Shown here in pieces: positions 12,710-23,177 of a stretch of 64,000 nt of DNA (positions are counted from its first letter, which is position 1; every line of letters starts with the position of its first letter). The stretch covers positions 62,001 through 126,000 of the forward strand of contig JALAGF010001848.1 of NCBI GenBank assembly GCA_030167865.1, written 5' to 3'. A program made the translations under genes and the position numbers. This stretch comes from Craspedostauros australis. Its lineage: Eukaryota. Under the pieces are notes generated by a model. That model worked only from the letters and a program-made list of their open reading frames with translations, had not been told where the DNA came from and made no database searches.

Positions 12710-15601
12710 ATGAAAGGGTCGCATTTCCAACCGTCTTCGCTGTCGCAAACACCATCATCACAACCATCACCATCCTCGTCTTCTCCATCCTTCAACAGAG
12801 CTGCTGCACATTCATCAGCCTTCGGTACGAGTAGCGCTACATCTCCAAAGAATAAGTTCGAAAGGAGCCTGAACAGACAATCTCGACCACATGGAACAGC
12901 CAACACAAGCGGAGCCGCGTACGTTGCGCCTGGGAGCCTGTCCTCATTGCATGCAAACCTCGGAGGATCACAGCCGGGCGCGATCAATGGTCTAACCAGG
13001 CTTTCCAACAAGCGATCATCATCGGGCAGCGCATCCAACGCACCATCAGCATCGGGCAGCCTTTGGAACAGATCATCGAATCCATCGTTCCGAACACAGG
13101 GCGGTGAACACATGTACCGTTCGTTTGGAGAATCGAAGCCAACCCCTGATGCATGGAGGAGCTTGGAGAGACGCTCAGACAGCACCACTTCATCAGATCT
13201 TACGAACAAAGGCAACTCCAGCAGCAGTTACACCAACAAGCCAAAAAACACAAGCAGCAACAGCAACAACAGCAGCAGCAGCGCCTCAAAGCTGAAGAGC
13301 CGCGCAGATGTCACGTGGACAGCAGCGAATCAGGATTCCGGAAGAATGGCCAAAGGCCTGCCTCACAAAGCAGGCAGCAGCAATGGAAGATCACAGTACC
13401 CATCGCACTCACCGACCAGATCAGCGACGCATGCGCCTCGAGAGGAGCCGGCAGGAAACGCACCATCCCGTCAGCCGACACTCTATGATCCATTGACGGG
13501 GACGTTCAGGGAGGTGGATCCTGTGAAGATTGCAGAATCGAAGAGCCAGAAGGCAAACCAAAAACAGGGCACGGGCGCGAACACCAGTCAAAAGGCTTCG
13601 GCATGGACAGGTGCGAAACCCAGCAGCAGCAGCAGCGGTGGTAACAAAGCGTCCGTGACTGCAACTCGCAACGAAGCCAATGCCAGGAGCCACGTGGAAC
13701 TCGCACCTTCGAACGCTCATACCGGAACCTTCGTTGGCGGGAACACCCAAACGCACATGAATGACAACACCCAAGGGAACGTTCCGAGCAACGTAGGCTT
13801 TGTCAGCAACAGTGCGAGCAACCCGGCAGGCATGCTGCCGGATGGCATCATCCACTTATCAAGTTATGAGGATAGAAGTCGTGGAGGCAGAGCGATGGAA
13901 GGGCAGAGGATGCTCTACGACCCAAAGAGCGGCTCGCTCGTCGCTGTCAAGCAGAATCAGGAGGCCAACGGTGGTCGCACGAAGAAGGAGAAGAAGAAAG
14001 CAAAGCAGAATCGCGACAGGGAATCCAAGCACGGCCAAGCTCAGTCCAGCGACAAACCAACTTCCGACAAGGACGCCAAGAACAAGAAAGATGATGGCGG
14101 CAACACAAAGGCGAAAGCGAAGTCAGGCTCCAACTCTTCGCAGAAGTCCGGAAAGAAGAAAAAGGACTTGAACAAGCAAAGGAAGCTGCCAAGGACCTGT
14201 GGGGTGATGTTTGCGCGTGAGAAGAAGGCCGTATTTTACTGCGTCGATGGATGCGATGGAGACTTGGGGTATGGTTCGCATAGCGTCCCGGGTGGGCGAA
14301 CCAAGAATGAATCCGCGTACGATGAGCTACTGGAGGTCATTGAGCAATATGGCGGACCCGATTCGGAAGGGGTTCACTGCATCGATTTCTCCGCTGGTCT
14401 ACCTGGTCACGATGCTGCCGACGGCGACATGGAATTCGGCGGAGCTGGAACTGGCGATGATGCGCAATCTGCTGACTTCCCACAAGACGTGGCCTGGTTG
14501 AAACCGAATGAAAAGATCGAGCTAGTCACTGGAGTGGACGACTCGCCAATGCTTCAGGCGACGGCGAAGGAATGGGCACCGAGCAAGGCAGCACTTGCTG
14601 CCACTTCCACTCTTGTGACAACACCAACCAAGCCAACTGTTACCCAGCCCATGCCAGGCTTGGACGAGGTTCTCGCGTCGTCCGTAATGTCGGAAGCGCC
14701 GGACAAACGCATGGCGGACGCGACGGCTCCAACCCCCATCAACAGTACCAGCAGCATCATCATCAACAACAACAACAACAACACCAGTAACAATGGCGAG
14801 AGTAGCGGCAACAACGACAGTAATCACACTGCAAACGTTTATGGCATTGGTAACGGGGAAGGCGGGGCAAGTGTTGCTTCATCTGTCCACACGCCCAGCC
14901 GCAAATCACCAGCAGAGACCATGAGTGATGGCAGCAGCTTCCACTCCAATCCGCACACCAACTCAGTAAGTAAAACGACGCACGCCAACATGGCACTTGT
15001 GCTGATGACTCCGTTGAGATTCGACCTTGAGAATTGGCTTGGCTTTCAACCCCTGACTCTAACCACAACCAACGACCATCGCCCCCTCACTTTGACAAAA
15101 CAACAACGACAACATCCGTACCATGACACCACAAAGGCTCAAAAGCACGATGGCAACCTCGAGCTTGGGCTCGGCTTTGACCCAACGATCCACATGGAGT
15201 CCACCCTCCGCCCACCAGACAGCACTCCCGTGAAGGGTTTGAACAATGTCAACTTCTCATCGTTGTCACTCGAGTCGCCCGCGTTCGGAACTCAGGCGGC
15301 CTCGGCGGCAACTAGCAACATCTTCGCATTCGGAGCGGGGTCGACGTGGGGAAGCAGCGGCAGCAACAACGCCGTCGCCGACAATAGCGGTGGTGGCGAT
15401 ATCATCAGCACCAACGTCACAGATTGGGGGATCCCCGGTACAACGACACCGATAGGGCTAGGAGGTGCAAGCCCCGGATCCGGCATTGCAACCACCTCAC
15501 TCCTTGGCTTTTCTGATAGCCCTTGGGGAACATCAACAGTCTCCGGCCATCCCAGCACACCATTCGACGTCAGCCATCATCACCAACAAAGCGGTGATTA
15601 G
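12710..15601 (+). CDS. Large S/N/G-rich disordered protein with two LYDP motifs and a PAM2-like motif; function unknown
   Basis: 963-codon ORF. A probable phase-0 intron at 14966-15136 (GTAAGT...CAAAG) would give ~906 aa. Motifs: LYDPLTG, LYDPKSG, LPRTCGVMF...GYGSHSVPGGR, LQATAKEWAP. Confidence 0.75.
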   Translation: MKGSHFQPSSLSQTPSSQPSPSSSSPSFNRAAAHSSAFGTSSATSPKNKFERSLNRQSRPHGTANTSGAAYVAPGSLSSLHANLGGSQPGAINGLTRLSNKRSSSGSASNAPSASGSLWNRSSNPSFRTQGGEHMYRSFGESKPTPDAWRSLERRSDSTTSSDLTNKGNSSSSYTNKPKNTSSNSNNSSSSASKLKSRADVTWTAANQDSGRMAKGLPHKAGSSNGRSQYPSHSPTRSATHAPREEPAGNAPSRQPTLYDPLTGTFREVDPVKIAESKSQKANQKQGTGANTSQKASAWTGAKPSSSSSGGNKASVTATRNEANARSHVELAPSNAHTGTFVGGNTQTHMNDNTQGNVPSNVGFVSNSASNPAGMLPDGIIHLSSYEDRSRGGRAMEGQRMLYDPKSGSLVAVKQNQEANGGRTKKEKKKAKQNRDRESKHGQAQSSDKPTSDKDAKNKKDDGGNTKAKAKSGSNSSQKSGKKKKDLNKQRKLPRTCGVMFAREKKAVFYCVDGCDGDLGYGSHSVPGGRTKNESAYDELLEVIEQYGGPDSEGVHCIDFSAGLPGHDAADGDMEFGGAGTGDDAQSADFPQDVAWLKPNEKIELVTGVDDSPMLQATAKEWAPSKAALAATSTLVTTPTKPTVTQPMPGLDEVLASSVMSEAPDKRMADATAPTPINSTSSIIINNNNNNTSNNGESSGNNDSNHTANVYGIGNGEGGASVASSVHTPSRKSPAETMSDGSSFHSNPHTNSVSKTTHANMALVLMTPLRFDLENWLGFQPLTLTTTNDHRPLTLTKQQRQHPYHDTTKAQKHDGNLELGLGFDPTIHMESTLRPPDSTPVKGLNNVNFSSLSLESPAFGTQAASAATSNIFAFGAGSTWGSSGSNNAVADNSGGGDIISTNVTDWGIPGTTTPIGLGGASPGSGIATTSLLGFSDSPWGTSTVSGHPSTPFDVSHHHQQSGD

Positions 15602-16484
15602 CGGGAGGACTGTGTGATCATCTCGATTCAAACACTTCTCGAACGCAATCTGTTCTGCCATGGGACAGCAACCATCTCCGTCCTGCTTGCACCGGAGCTC
15701 TCTCAACTTGTGCGTCGTTCATTGACTTTAAGCACTGCGAGGATCTCAGTTGCATACGGCTTCAATTCCACGCTGTAATCTACCATGCCGAACTCGGCGA
15801 GACAGACAGGCAAAGATGGTAGGCATCGACTCTGGGTTGAACAATGCCTTGGAAGGGCTGCGTCATGCTCGCATAAGCTATCCATGAGCCCCAACCCAAA
15901 GAGCCTTTGTGTATCAGCCAAAGACAATGGAATCACAAGCAACTAAACAGTCCAACAGCTGTCGCAGCTCGGCTATTCTCGTACACCGCTTGCGACGAAG
16001 GGACTGCTTTGTCTGGACTACCTCTGCAAGATCCACACTCCAAACATTTCTCAAGTCTGCTCCACACCTTATGTGCAGCGGATAGGAAATCCCATCGCAA
16101 ACGTCTCTGTAGATGATTCCTGAATGAATATGAGGGCGTATCACAACGATAAAGATGAAGCAACCGCCCACAACAAAAACACGAAAGCAAACCGAGCTGT
16201 GAGTCGTCGGGGGCCACGACATCGAAGACTCTCGTCACGGAAAGTAGGGTTGGGAAAGTACTCGATTCGTAATCTATCGCAACGGCCTCCATGGTCCACG
16301 TTTGGCACATCGTAACTTCATTCAACAATAGGAGTAATTTATGCCAAGTGTCCCCGTGATTGGAAGAGGGCACTGTCTTGACTGGAGAGCGTCGCAGCTT
16401 CATCATTCGTGACCAATCCCATGACGAACTCGCGTGGCTGTGGCCTGCTCCTGCTTTTCTGAATGCTATTGAGGTCCTCCAACG

Positions 16485-16487
<3 letters not shown>

Positions 16488-16542
<55 letters not shown>
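16488..16542. repeat. (CAAT)n tetranucleotide microsatellite, ~13 copies
   Basis: Perfect run caatcaatcaat... read directly. Confidence 0.95.
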
Positions 16543-16858
16543 CCAACCATCTAACCAAATGATAGTTTCCACGTGATCAAGGCGAATACAGGATGGATGT
16601 AACGTCGATTATAATGTAATAGTTCTTCATGTTGTCTACACAAGGTGGATGCTCCAGCTTGGTATGATCTCTCATTCCATAGCCGTCTAGTTGGCTGAAA
16701 GCCCTTTGAGCCAACCTCGTTTAATGGTGATCATTTTCTGTACGAGCTGTGGTACCATGAAGTGAGGCGTGAGCGCCTCGAAGCGTTCCTAACGCCATAC
16801 TTCTGATGCGTCGTTCGCCCAATAGGATGCTGCTCAATCCACGCCTGTACAAGTGCGA

Positions 16859-17707
16859 TTAGCTACATGACTTCTTTTGCAAGACCAGGGCAGCATAACG
16901 CTTCGCGAGGATCCTTGCCCACGCAGAACGATTCCCAACTTCAATAGCCAGGTCGCCGTCGTTGTTTTCGATGCCTGTGTCAACATTGGGTGACTTCATC
17001 AAGATTTTCACAAGGTATTTGTGATTCTCTCGGCATGCAATGTGAAGCGCAGTGTCGCCATCATTATTTTGGATGTTCAGGTCAATGTCGCTGGATGCTA
17101 CAAGGCATTTCACAATTTGAAAGCAGCTGTTTTGGCATGCAATGTGAAGCGCAGTATCGCCATCAATGTTTTGGATGTTCAGGTCCACCTCGCTCGATTT
17201 TATGAGAAGTTCCGCAAATGCCAGCCTGGAGAAGCGATTGCATGCGAAGTGAAGTGCAGTGCGGCCGTAGTTGTCTTGAATATTGAGGTTGGCACCAGAG
17301 AAGTCCACTAGGTATGCAACAGCTGTTTCAGAGCAACGCAGACAGCTTATACAACTGGCAGTAAGTGGAGTGTTACCATGGTTGTCTTGAGCATCGACAT
17401 CAACATTGCAACATTCCACAAGGTATTCGACCATCCGTTTATGACCCCGTCTACACGCTTTATGAAGAGCAGTCTCACCACACCAGGCTCGAGACTCCAC
17501 ATCGGCACCACAAGATTCCACCAAGTACTGCACAACATCGAGCTCGCCCGAGTGACATGCATCATAAAGTGCATCGCTAGCCACCGTATGGAACTTCGTG
17601 GTGCTGTCGACATCAACTCCTGCAGTTTGTTCCCTCCATTCCTTGACGATGTGCAATTCACCTCTCAAAGCGGCACGCGTGACTTCCTTGTCTGTGATAG
17701 TCGGCAT
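16859..17707 (-). CDS. Ankyrin-repeat protein, ~282 aa (start uncertain)
   Basis: Repeated GxTALHxAC...L motifs (GETALHKAC, GNTPLTASC, GRTALHFAC, GDTALHIAC twice). Start placed at MPTITDKE; the ORF is open further upstream to 18046. Confidence 0.85.
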   Translation of the reverse strand: MPTITDKEVTRAALRGELHIVKEWREQTAGVDVDSTTKFHTVASDALYDACHSGELDVVQYLVESCGADVESRAWCGETALHKACRRGHKRMVEYLVECCNVDVDAQDNHGNTPLTASCISCLRCSETAVAYLVDFSGANLNIQDNYGRTALHFACNRFSRLAFAELLIKSSEVDLNIQNIDGDTALHIACQNSCFQIVKCLVASSDIDLNIQNNDGDTALHIACRENHKYLVKILMKSPNVDTGIENNDGDLAIEVGNRSAWARILAKRYAALVLQKKSCS

Positions 17708-18861
17708 GATACCTTGGCCAATCCTGGGGTGATCTTGGGCGCTGTTGGCTTCTGTTCGATCGCTGATGGTCCAGGCGTATTCGCCAGTGGATATTGGTGA
17801 CTCAATCGCTGGACTCGCAGTCAGCCAATGCTGTTGCGTCATGGAATACACGGGAGAGACAGGCACAACGAATATGGGACGGTAAAGATTGTGGCGTTGT
17901 GAGAGAAGAGTTGGGATGTGCAAAGCATCCATGCGAAATGAATTCACCAACCAGTGATGGTTCCAACCCAGCGAAAAACGAAGTGACAAAGCAACGAAGT
18001 CATACCAACCACATGCACACAGATGGCAACATCTCACAATCGGCATGCTGATTGCGCATGCTGCTCACTCAGGCTCAGTGCCACTCACCCTCCAGAATGG
18101 AAGTGAAATCGGATATTGGATAGAACTGGATCGGATTGGATTCGATCTGATCTAGTTCTGTTCGTGCGGAGCTTGTTGTTGTTGTTGTGGCTGATTTGAG
18201 ACTGCTCGTCTGAACTGGTGTGGAGCAGGGGCAGAATGGATCGATGGGACTTTATGTATTCTATGATCGCTGTGGAGCAGGGCGGTGTCACAGATTGCTA
18301 GATACGTTTGCAATGGATCTCATCCTCGCGATCTCTCGCTGAGCTAACGTCCGTAGTGTTATTGACTGGATTGCATCGAGGGATGTTCCACGCCCTGCCT
18401 TAGTTCACAGTATTGATTTGGAATCGAGCAGCACCATAACGAATGGGTTTTCACAACAGCTGGTTGCTGCAGCGTGAAGGTGGGAGTACTCCACGCTTTA
18501 ACGTCGTACTCGTGCAACTGCTCCCATTCATGTGGGAACGATACAGGCACTCCACGTTCCTGATTATTGCCGAAGCTGTTGGATGGTACCGTTGATGGTG
18601 GGGCACCGACATCGATGACGGCACTGTTTGACACGTTCGACCAGTCTTTGGTTCGTATTGAAACGGAGACGGTGGTAGGTATAAAGTCGTATCTTAGTGT
18701 GTTGATTTGCGGATTGTGTCCGGTTTGTTTCTTTTTCCTTTTCTTTGCGTTGCACCTTCTGTGCCTTTTCTGTGGCTGTTGTCGTTTGCTGCTGCTCGTG
18801 ACTCAGCCGAGTCCTCGTGACTGGTTTCGCTCCAATAGTTCGGTCGTATGGGTAACACCTG

Positions 18862-18862
18862 C

Positions 18863-18893
<31 letters not shown>

Positions 18894-18898
18894 GTGAT
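18862..18898. repeat. (GAT)n trinucleotide microsatellite
   Basis: gatgatgatgat... run read directly. Confidence 0.9.
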
Positions 18899-19359
18899 AA
18901 CGTCTCCGAGTGTACTTGGGGCATACTTTGAGGATACTCCTCTCTCTCACACACACAGATTGCATTCATCATCGTGCTGTTGAGGCTGTTGAAAACGTGG
19001 TTGGCACCTTGTAGCCTTTGTCTCTTTCGCAGACTTGGGTTGGAATGAGTTGATCTCCGACTGCCACCAATCAGCTCTCTTTGTGAATTTCGCTGCGTTG
19101 ACACGTTTGGCGAGAGCCAGAGAGAGATTTCGATGGCGAAGCGTGTCGTGTTGCGAACCGTGGATTCGCTGGAGTGTTTGGGACAACGCGCGATGCACCG
19201 CGCGCAATCAGAATCATTTGGCTTCGTTGCCGCAATCATAATCTCTGAACGTCAACAGATAACTCCCTCTCTCTGTCTCTGTCTCTGTCTCTCTGTCTGC
19301 AGTGACCAGCTCCAGGACACAAGAACACAAGACAACAGAACGAACGAAAGCCAAGCACA

Positions 19360-20664
19360 ATGACGAGCACAACCATGCCCACTGAAAGCGCAAGCACAAC
19401 CGCGAGCGAAGACCTGTCGGCAGCAGCTTCGTTGAGCCTCGCGGACTCTCTCTTCGTGGACGACGAGCTCGGCGAAGCGGCGGACGCGTACACAGCGGCC
19501 ATCTCCGTGTCGCGCGAAGGTGAAGTTGCTGTCCGCATCCGCGCCCTGTCGCATCGCTCGGCGACGTTCCTGCGGCTGCAACGCTTCGCGGAGGCTCTGG
19601 CAGATGCGAAGGAGGCCCTGTCGCTCATATCCACCATGGCATCGTCGCAGACCACATTGCGACCTGGCGAAGGCGAGATGTGCCACAGGCGATGCGGCAT
19701 GGCGGCGTTCCATCTTGGGCGGTACGAAGACGCCAAGGAGGCCATGCAGCAGGCATCGCAGCTGGCCAAGCTCAATGGCAGGAGCATCGATGTCTTCACC
19801 GAATGGCTCCGCAAATGCGATGACAAGATCCACGTTGTCAAACCCGCGACGACCACAACTGCAGCAACCAAGGCAGTAGCAACTGACAAGGTGGCGCAGG
19901 CTGATTCATCTACTCCTGCGGCTGCAACTCCCGCAGCCAGCGCTGCGCAACCAGTTGCCGCCAAGCCACGCGCGGCCGAGACGAAGAAGCCACAAATGCC
20001 CAAGTACCAGTGGTGGCAGAATGACAAGTTCCTCACCATCTCGATCCTGGAACCCAACGTATCCGCAGCCGACATCGGCGTCACCTTTGAGCCGAAGCGC
20101 CTCGTCATCACCTTGCAGAAGGGCAACGCCAACTTCACCGTCATTGCGGGATCGCTGTACTCGGAGATCAACCCGGAAAAGAGCAAGACGGTCATCAAGA
20201 CGGAGAAGGTGCTCGTCAAGCTCCGCAAGGTCGACGAGAAGTTCGAATGGCGCGAGCTGGTGGGCAAGGAGGACAAGCGGGATGCCGTCAAGCCTGCCAA
20301 CACCACGAAGGCAGCTGCAAAGGACGGCGAAATTCCTATCGTCAAGGAATCCGCCAAGACGCGGCCGTACGCGAGCCACCGCGACTGGGATGCCATCGAG
20401 AAGACGCTCGACAAGGAGGAGAGCGATGAAAAGCCTGTCGGGGACGAGGCCATGAACAAGCTCTTCCAGACCATCTACAAGGATGCTGATGAAAACACCA
20501 AACGTGCCATGATCAAGTCCTACCAGACCTCGGGCGGCACGGTCCTGTCCACAAACTGGGACGAGGTCGCCAAGAAGGATTACGAGAAGGAACGCACGGC
20601 GCCCAAAGGTGTGGAGTGGAAAAGCTGGGAGGGCAAGAAGTTGCCGATGCAAGACGATGACTAA
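19360..20664 (+). CDS. SGT1: SGT1 Hsp90 co-chaperone (TPR-CS-SGS), 434 aa
   Basis: N-terminal TPRs, CS domain (PKYQWWQND...LYSEINPEKS...KLRK) and SGS domain (RDWDAIEK...AMNKLFQTIYKDADENTKRAMIKSYQTSGGTVLSTNW). Confidence 0.95.
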   Translation: MTSTTMPTESASTTASEDLSAAASLSLADSLFVDDELGEAADAYTAAISVSREGEVAVRIRALSHRSATFLRLQRFAEALADAKEALSLISTMASSQTTLRPGEGEMCHRRCGMAAFHLGRYEDAKEAMQQASQLAKLNGRSIDVFTEWLRKCDDKIHVVKPATTTTAATKAVATDKVAQADSSTPAAATPAASAAQPVAAKPRAAETKKPQMPKYQWWQNDKFLTISILEPNVSAADIGVTFEPKRLVITLQKGNANFTVIAGSLYSEINPEKSKTVIKTEKVLVKLRKVDEKFEWRELVGKEDKRDAVKPANTTKAAAKDGEIPIVKESAKTRPYASHRDWDAIEKTLDKEESDEKPVGDEAMNKLFQTIYKDADENTKRAMIKSYQTSGGTVLSTNWDEVAKKDYEKERTAPKGVEWKSWEGKKLPMQDDD

Positions 20665-21194
20665 GCGGGTCTGCGGGCTTGTGGCGCCGAGGGTTTGCTT
20701 GAAGCGGATTGCGGAGTGGAGCTCCAGAAATGATCGATCGGCAGAGATGGAACACGAGTAGGGTAGACACGACTAGGATACTAGCATACTATTATAATAG
20801 ATTGGAAGAGTATCTGCCTGCGTACAGGTATATCTACGTTTCACAGTTGCTCTTGCAACTGCCATCGCAATCGGCTTGGTTCGTTTCCGGAGTGGAGAAG
20901 ATGCTGGTGGACTAATGTTATGTAATACGAGTGGACTGCATGCTATTTTGATTTCATTCCATAGGTCGTAATCATGCTACCATCGTACATGCGCGGACGA
21001 ACGTTCCTACAAATTCATAAGAATACTCCACATCGCTCCACTCTGGAGTACTCTACTCTGCTTGCACTGCCCTGCAAATGATCGGTGCGGCGCAACCCAC
21101 GTTGCTGGTACGCGGTGCCGTGCTTCGGTGGCATCGCATGCCATCGCCTGTTGCCAGAATCGAGTGTGGCAGAGTGCTGTACTACTTGCATACT

Positions 21195-23177
21195 CTACTT
21201 GCAGGACACCACTATACAGCTCGCGTCGTCCACCTTGCCTCCGAGGCCGTTGGAATACTCCTTGTCACCGCGCAACCTCGCCTGCTTGGCGTAGGGCGTC
21301 TTGGCATCGACGTCGAGCGAGATCTTCCTTGACAGGTCGACGATCTTGCGCGCGAGCGTTCCCGATCGTTGCTGCTGCTTGGTGGTGACGAGCTCGATGA
21401 TCTGGTCGTCGGTGAGGTTGTCGAAGATGCCGTCGGAACCCATGAGGACGAGGTCGCCTGCCACGAGCTCGATGTAGAGCGTGGATCCGTCCTTGGGACG
21501 ATCCTGGGAGTAGTCCGACAGCTGGTAGGGGCAGTCGAAGAAGTGGTTGACCTCGCGTGATCTGGCGGTGATGCGGTCGCCGCGCACCACGACGCAGGCG
21601 GAGTCCCCGACGTTGAGCACCTGGAGGAATCCCTCGCTGTTGATGGATGCCATGATCGCGGTGGATGCGCCCGTGGAGGTGTTGTCTGCCACTTCGGCCG
21701 CCTCCGTGAGCAGCAGGCGCATTTCGGGGATGGAGAGACTGTCGAAGCCGACGGTCTTTTTGAGTTCGTTGGCGAGGGTCTTGGAGTACAGCGGGTATCC
21801 CTTCTCCTTCTCGGCACCGGACACGCCATCGAAGACGCCGAAACTCTTGCCCTTGATGAAGATCGCATCCTCTCCTCCCCACCTTACCTTCTCTGGATGC
21901 GGCGAAACGAAGCCGGCGATTTCCGTCTTGATCGGTCGCGGAACAAACTCCACGTCAAACAGATCCTCTTCCTCCTCTTCTTTCTGCTGCTGCTTTTGCT
22001 TCTGTTTTTGCTGCTTCACCTGTTTCTGCTGCTGCTGTTTCTGCTGCTCTTGTTGTTGTTGCTGTTGCTGTTGTTGCTTCGGTTCCTGCTTTTGCTTCTG
22101 CTGTTTCGGTTGTTGCTTCTGCTTCTGCTTCTTCTTCTTCTCGGCCTGCTTGTCTTCCACCTTGTCATCCGACGTTGTCTGAGCAGTTGCATCCGATGAG
22201 AAGATGTTTCCCATGAAGGCTGGGAGCTTGGGCTTGATATCTTCCTTGTCTTCTACAACGGCGGTTGCAGCGCCTTGATCCTTCGCCTTCTTGGAGGCGG
22301 TCGATTTGGAAGATGCAGATGCAGCCGGTGTTGTTGCTGCGGCATCCGCGGCCTTTGACGCAGCCTCATCATCGGGCTTCTGTCCCCGCAGGGAGTTGAG
22401 CATGTCTCCGAGACCCGAGGCCGTACCTCCCAGGATGCCACCAACGCCGTTGGCCTTGGCCTCGTCGGCATCCACCTCTGTGGCTTTTGCTCCGTTGACA
22501 GGTGCATTCTTGGTTGCATCCGCCGAAGCAGCCTGTTCCGCTTCCGGCGCTTGCTTGGCGCCAGCCACCACGCTTCCGAACACGCCACCAAGGAAGCCAC
22601 CTCCCGTCGACCCGTTGGCGTCCTGCGTGGATGCCGATTGCTCCGCCGCTGCTTTGTCGGCCGACGCGGGAAGCTCCGCTTGTGCTGGCGTGGAATCCTT
22701 CTTGTTCCAGTTGCCCGCCAACACGTCCGGTCGGAAGCCTCCCATCCAGCCGCCGCCGCCCTTCTCCGCTTCGTCGTCCGCCACCAGGACGGCATCCTCC
22801 ACGCTGCTGGCCTGCCCCTCCTCTTCGAGCTTGCGCTGCTCCAAGTAGGCCGTGCGCAGCTTGTCGGCAGCGCGCTGCTTGCGACGCGGCAGCTTGACGG
22901 CGGGAAAGGACTCCGTGGGCGGCTCCCATCGGCTTTCTCCCGTGACGGTGTCAAAGTAGTAGATGAGGCCAGTCGTCTCCTCGTCCAGGAAGGCCTGCCA
23001 GTCGCCCTGCGTGGCCAGCGGCTCCGGGGTGTCGAACAGCACGACGTGTCTGCGCGCTGTGTGGTGCATCGGCACGAAGCCGTGCGTTGTGGGGATCAGG
23101 CAGGAGCTTGCCGACAGAATTGCGGCAACCACAGCCAACGAGGACAGTCGCTGCGTCGCTGGCATCGTTCTCGCCAT
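21195..23177 (-). CDS. PTC7/PBCP-like PP2C phosphatase with signal peptide, plastid-type +1 Phe motif and WW domain, ~660 aa
   Basis: Hydrophobic leader LSSLAVVAAILSASSCLIPTTHG|FVP, then WW domain GDWQAFLDEETTGLIYYFDTVTGESRWEPP and a long A/K/Q-rich linker. Catalytic motifs: PHPEK..GGEDA, FDGVSG, GASTA, NVGDS, SDGIFDNL, GGKVDD. Confidence 0.9.
   Translation of the reverse strand: MARTMPATQRLSSLAVVAAILSASSCLIPTTHGFVPMHHTARRHVVLFDTPEPLATQGDWQAFLDEETTGLIYYFDTVTGESRWEPPTESFPAVKLPRRKQRAADKLRTAYLEQRKLEEEGQASSVEDAVLVADDEAEKGGGGWMGGFRPDVLAGNWNKKDSTPAQAELPASADKAAAEQSASTQDANGSTGGGFLGGVFGSVVAGAKQAPEAEQAASADATKNAPVNGAKATEVDADEAKANGVGGILGGTASGLGDMLNSLRGQKPDDEAASKAADAAATTPAASASSKSTASKKAKDQGAATAVVEDKEDIKPKLPAFMGNIFSSDATAQTTSDDKVEDKQAEKKKKQKQKQQPKQQKQKQEPKQQQQQQQQQEQQKQQQQKQVKQQKQKQKQQQKEEEEEDLFDVEFVPRPIKTEIAGFVSPHPEKVRWGGEDAIFIKGKSFGVFDGVSGAEKEKGYPLYSKTLANELKKTVGFDSLSIPEMRLLLTEAAEVADNTSTGASTAIMASINSEGFLQVLNVGDSACVVVRGDRITARSREVNHFFDCPYQLSDYSQDRPKDGSTLYIELVAGDLVLMGSDGIFDNLTDDQIIELVTTKQQQRSGTLARKIVDLSRKISLDVDAKTPYAKQARLRGDKEYSNGLGGKVDDASCIVVSCK

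Noticed and set aside
15703..16490. ORFs between the PAM2-like gene and the ankyrin gene, considered as a transposon remnant
   Set aside because: No transposase, RT or integrase motifs, terminal repeats or target-site duplication seen.
19236..20652. 412-aa and 248-aa ORFs antisense to SGT1, and similar shadows over SF3A1, delta-COP, PP2C and CBP80
   Set aside because: They overlap well-supported genes on the opposite strand and have typical antisense composition.
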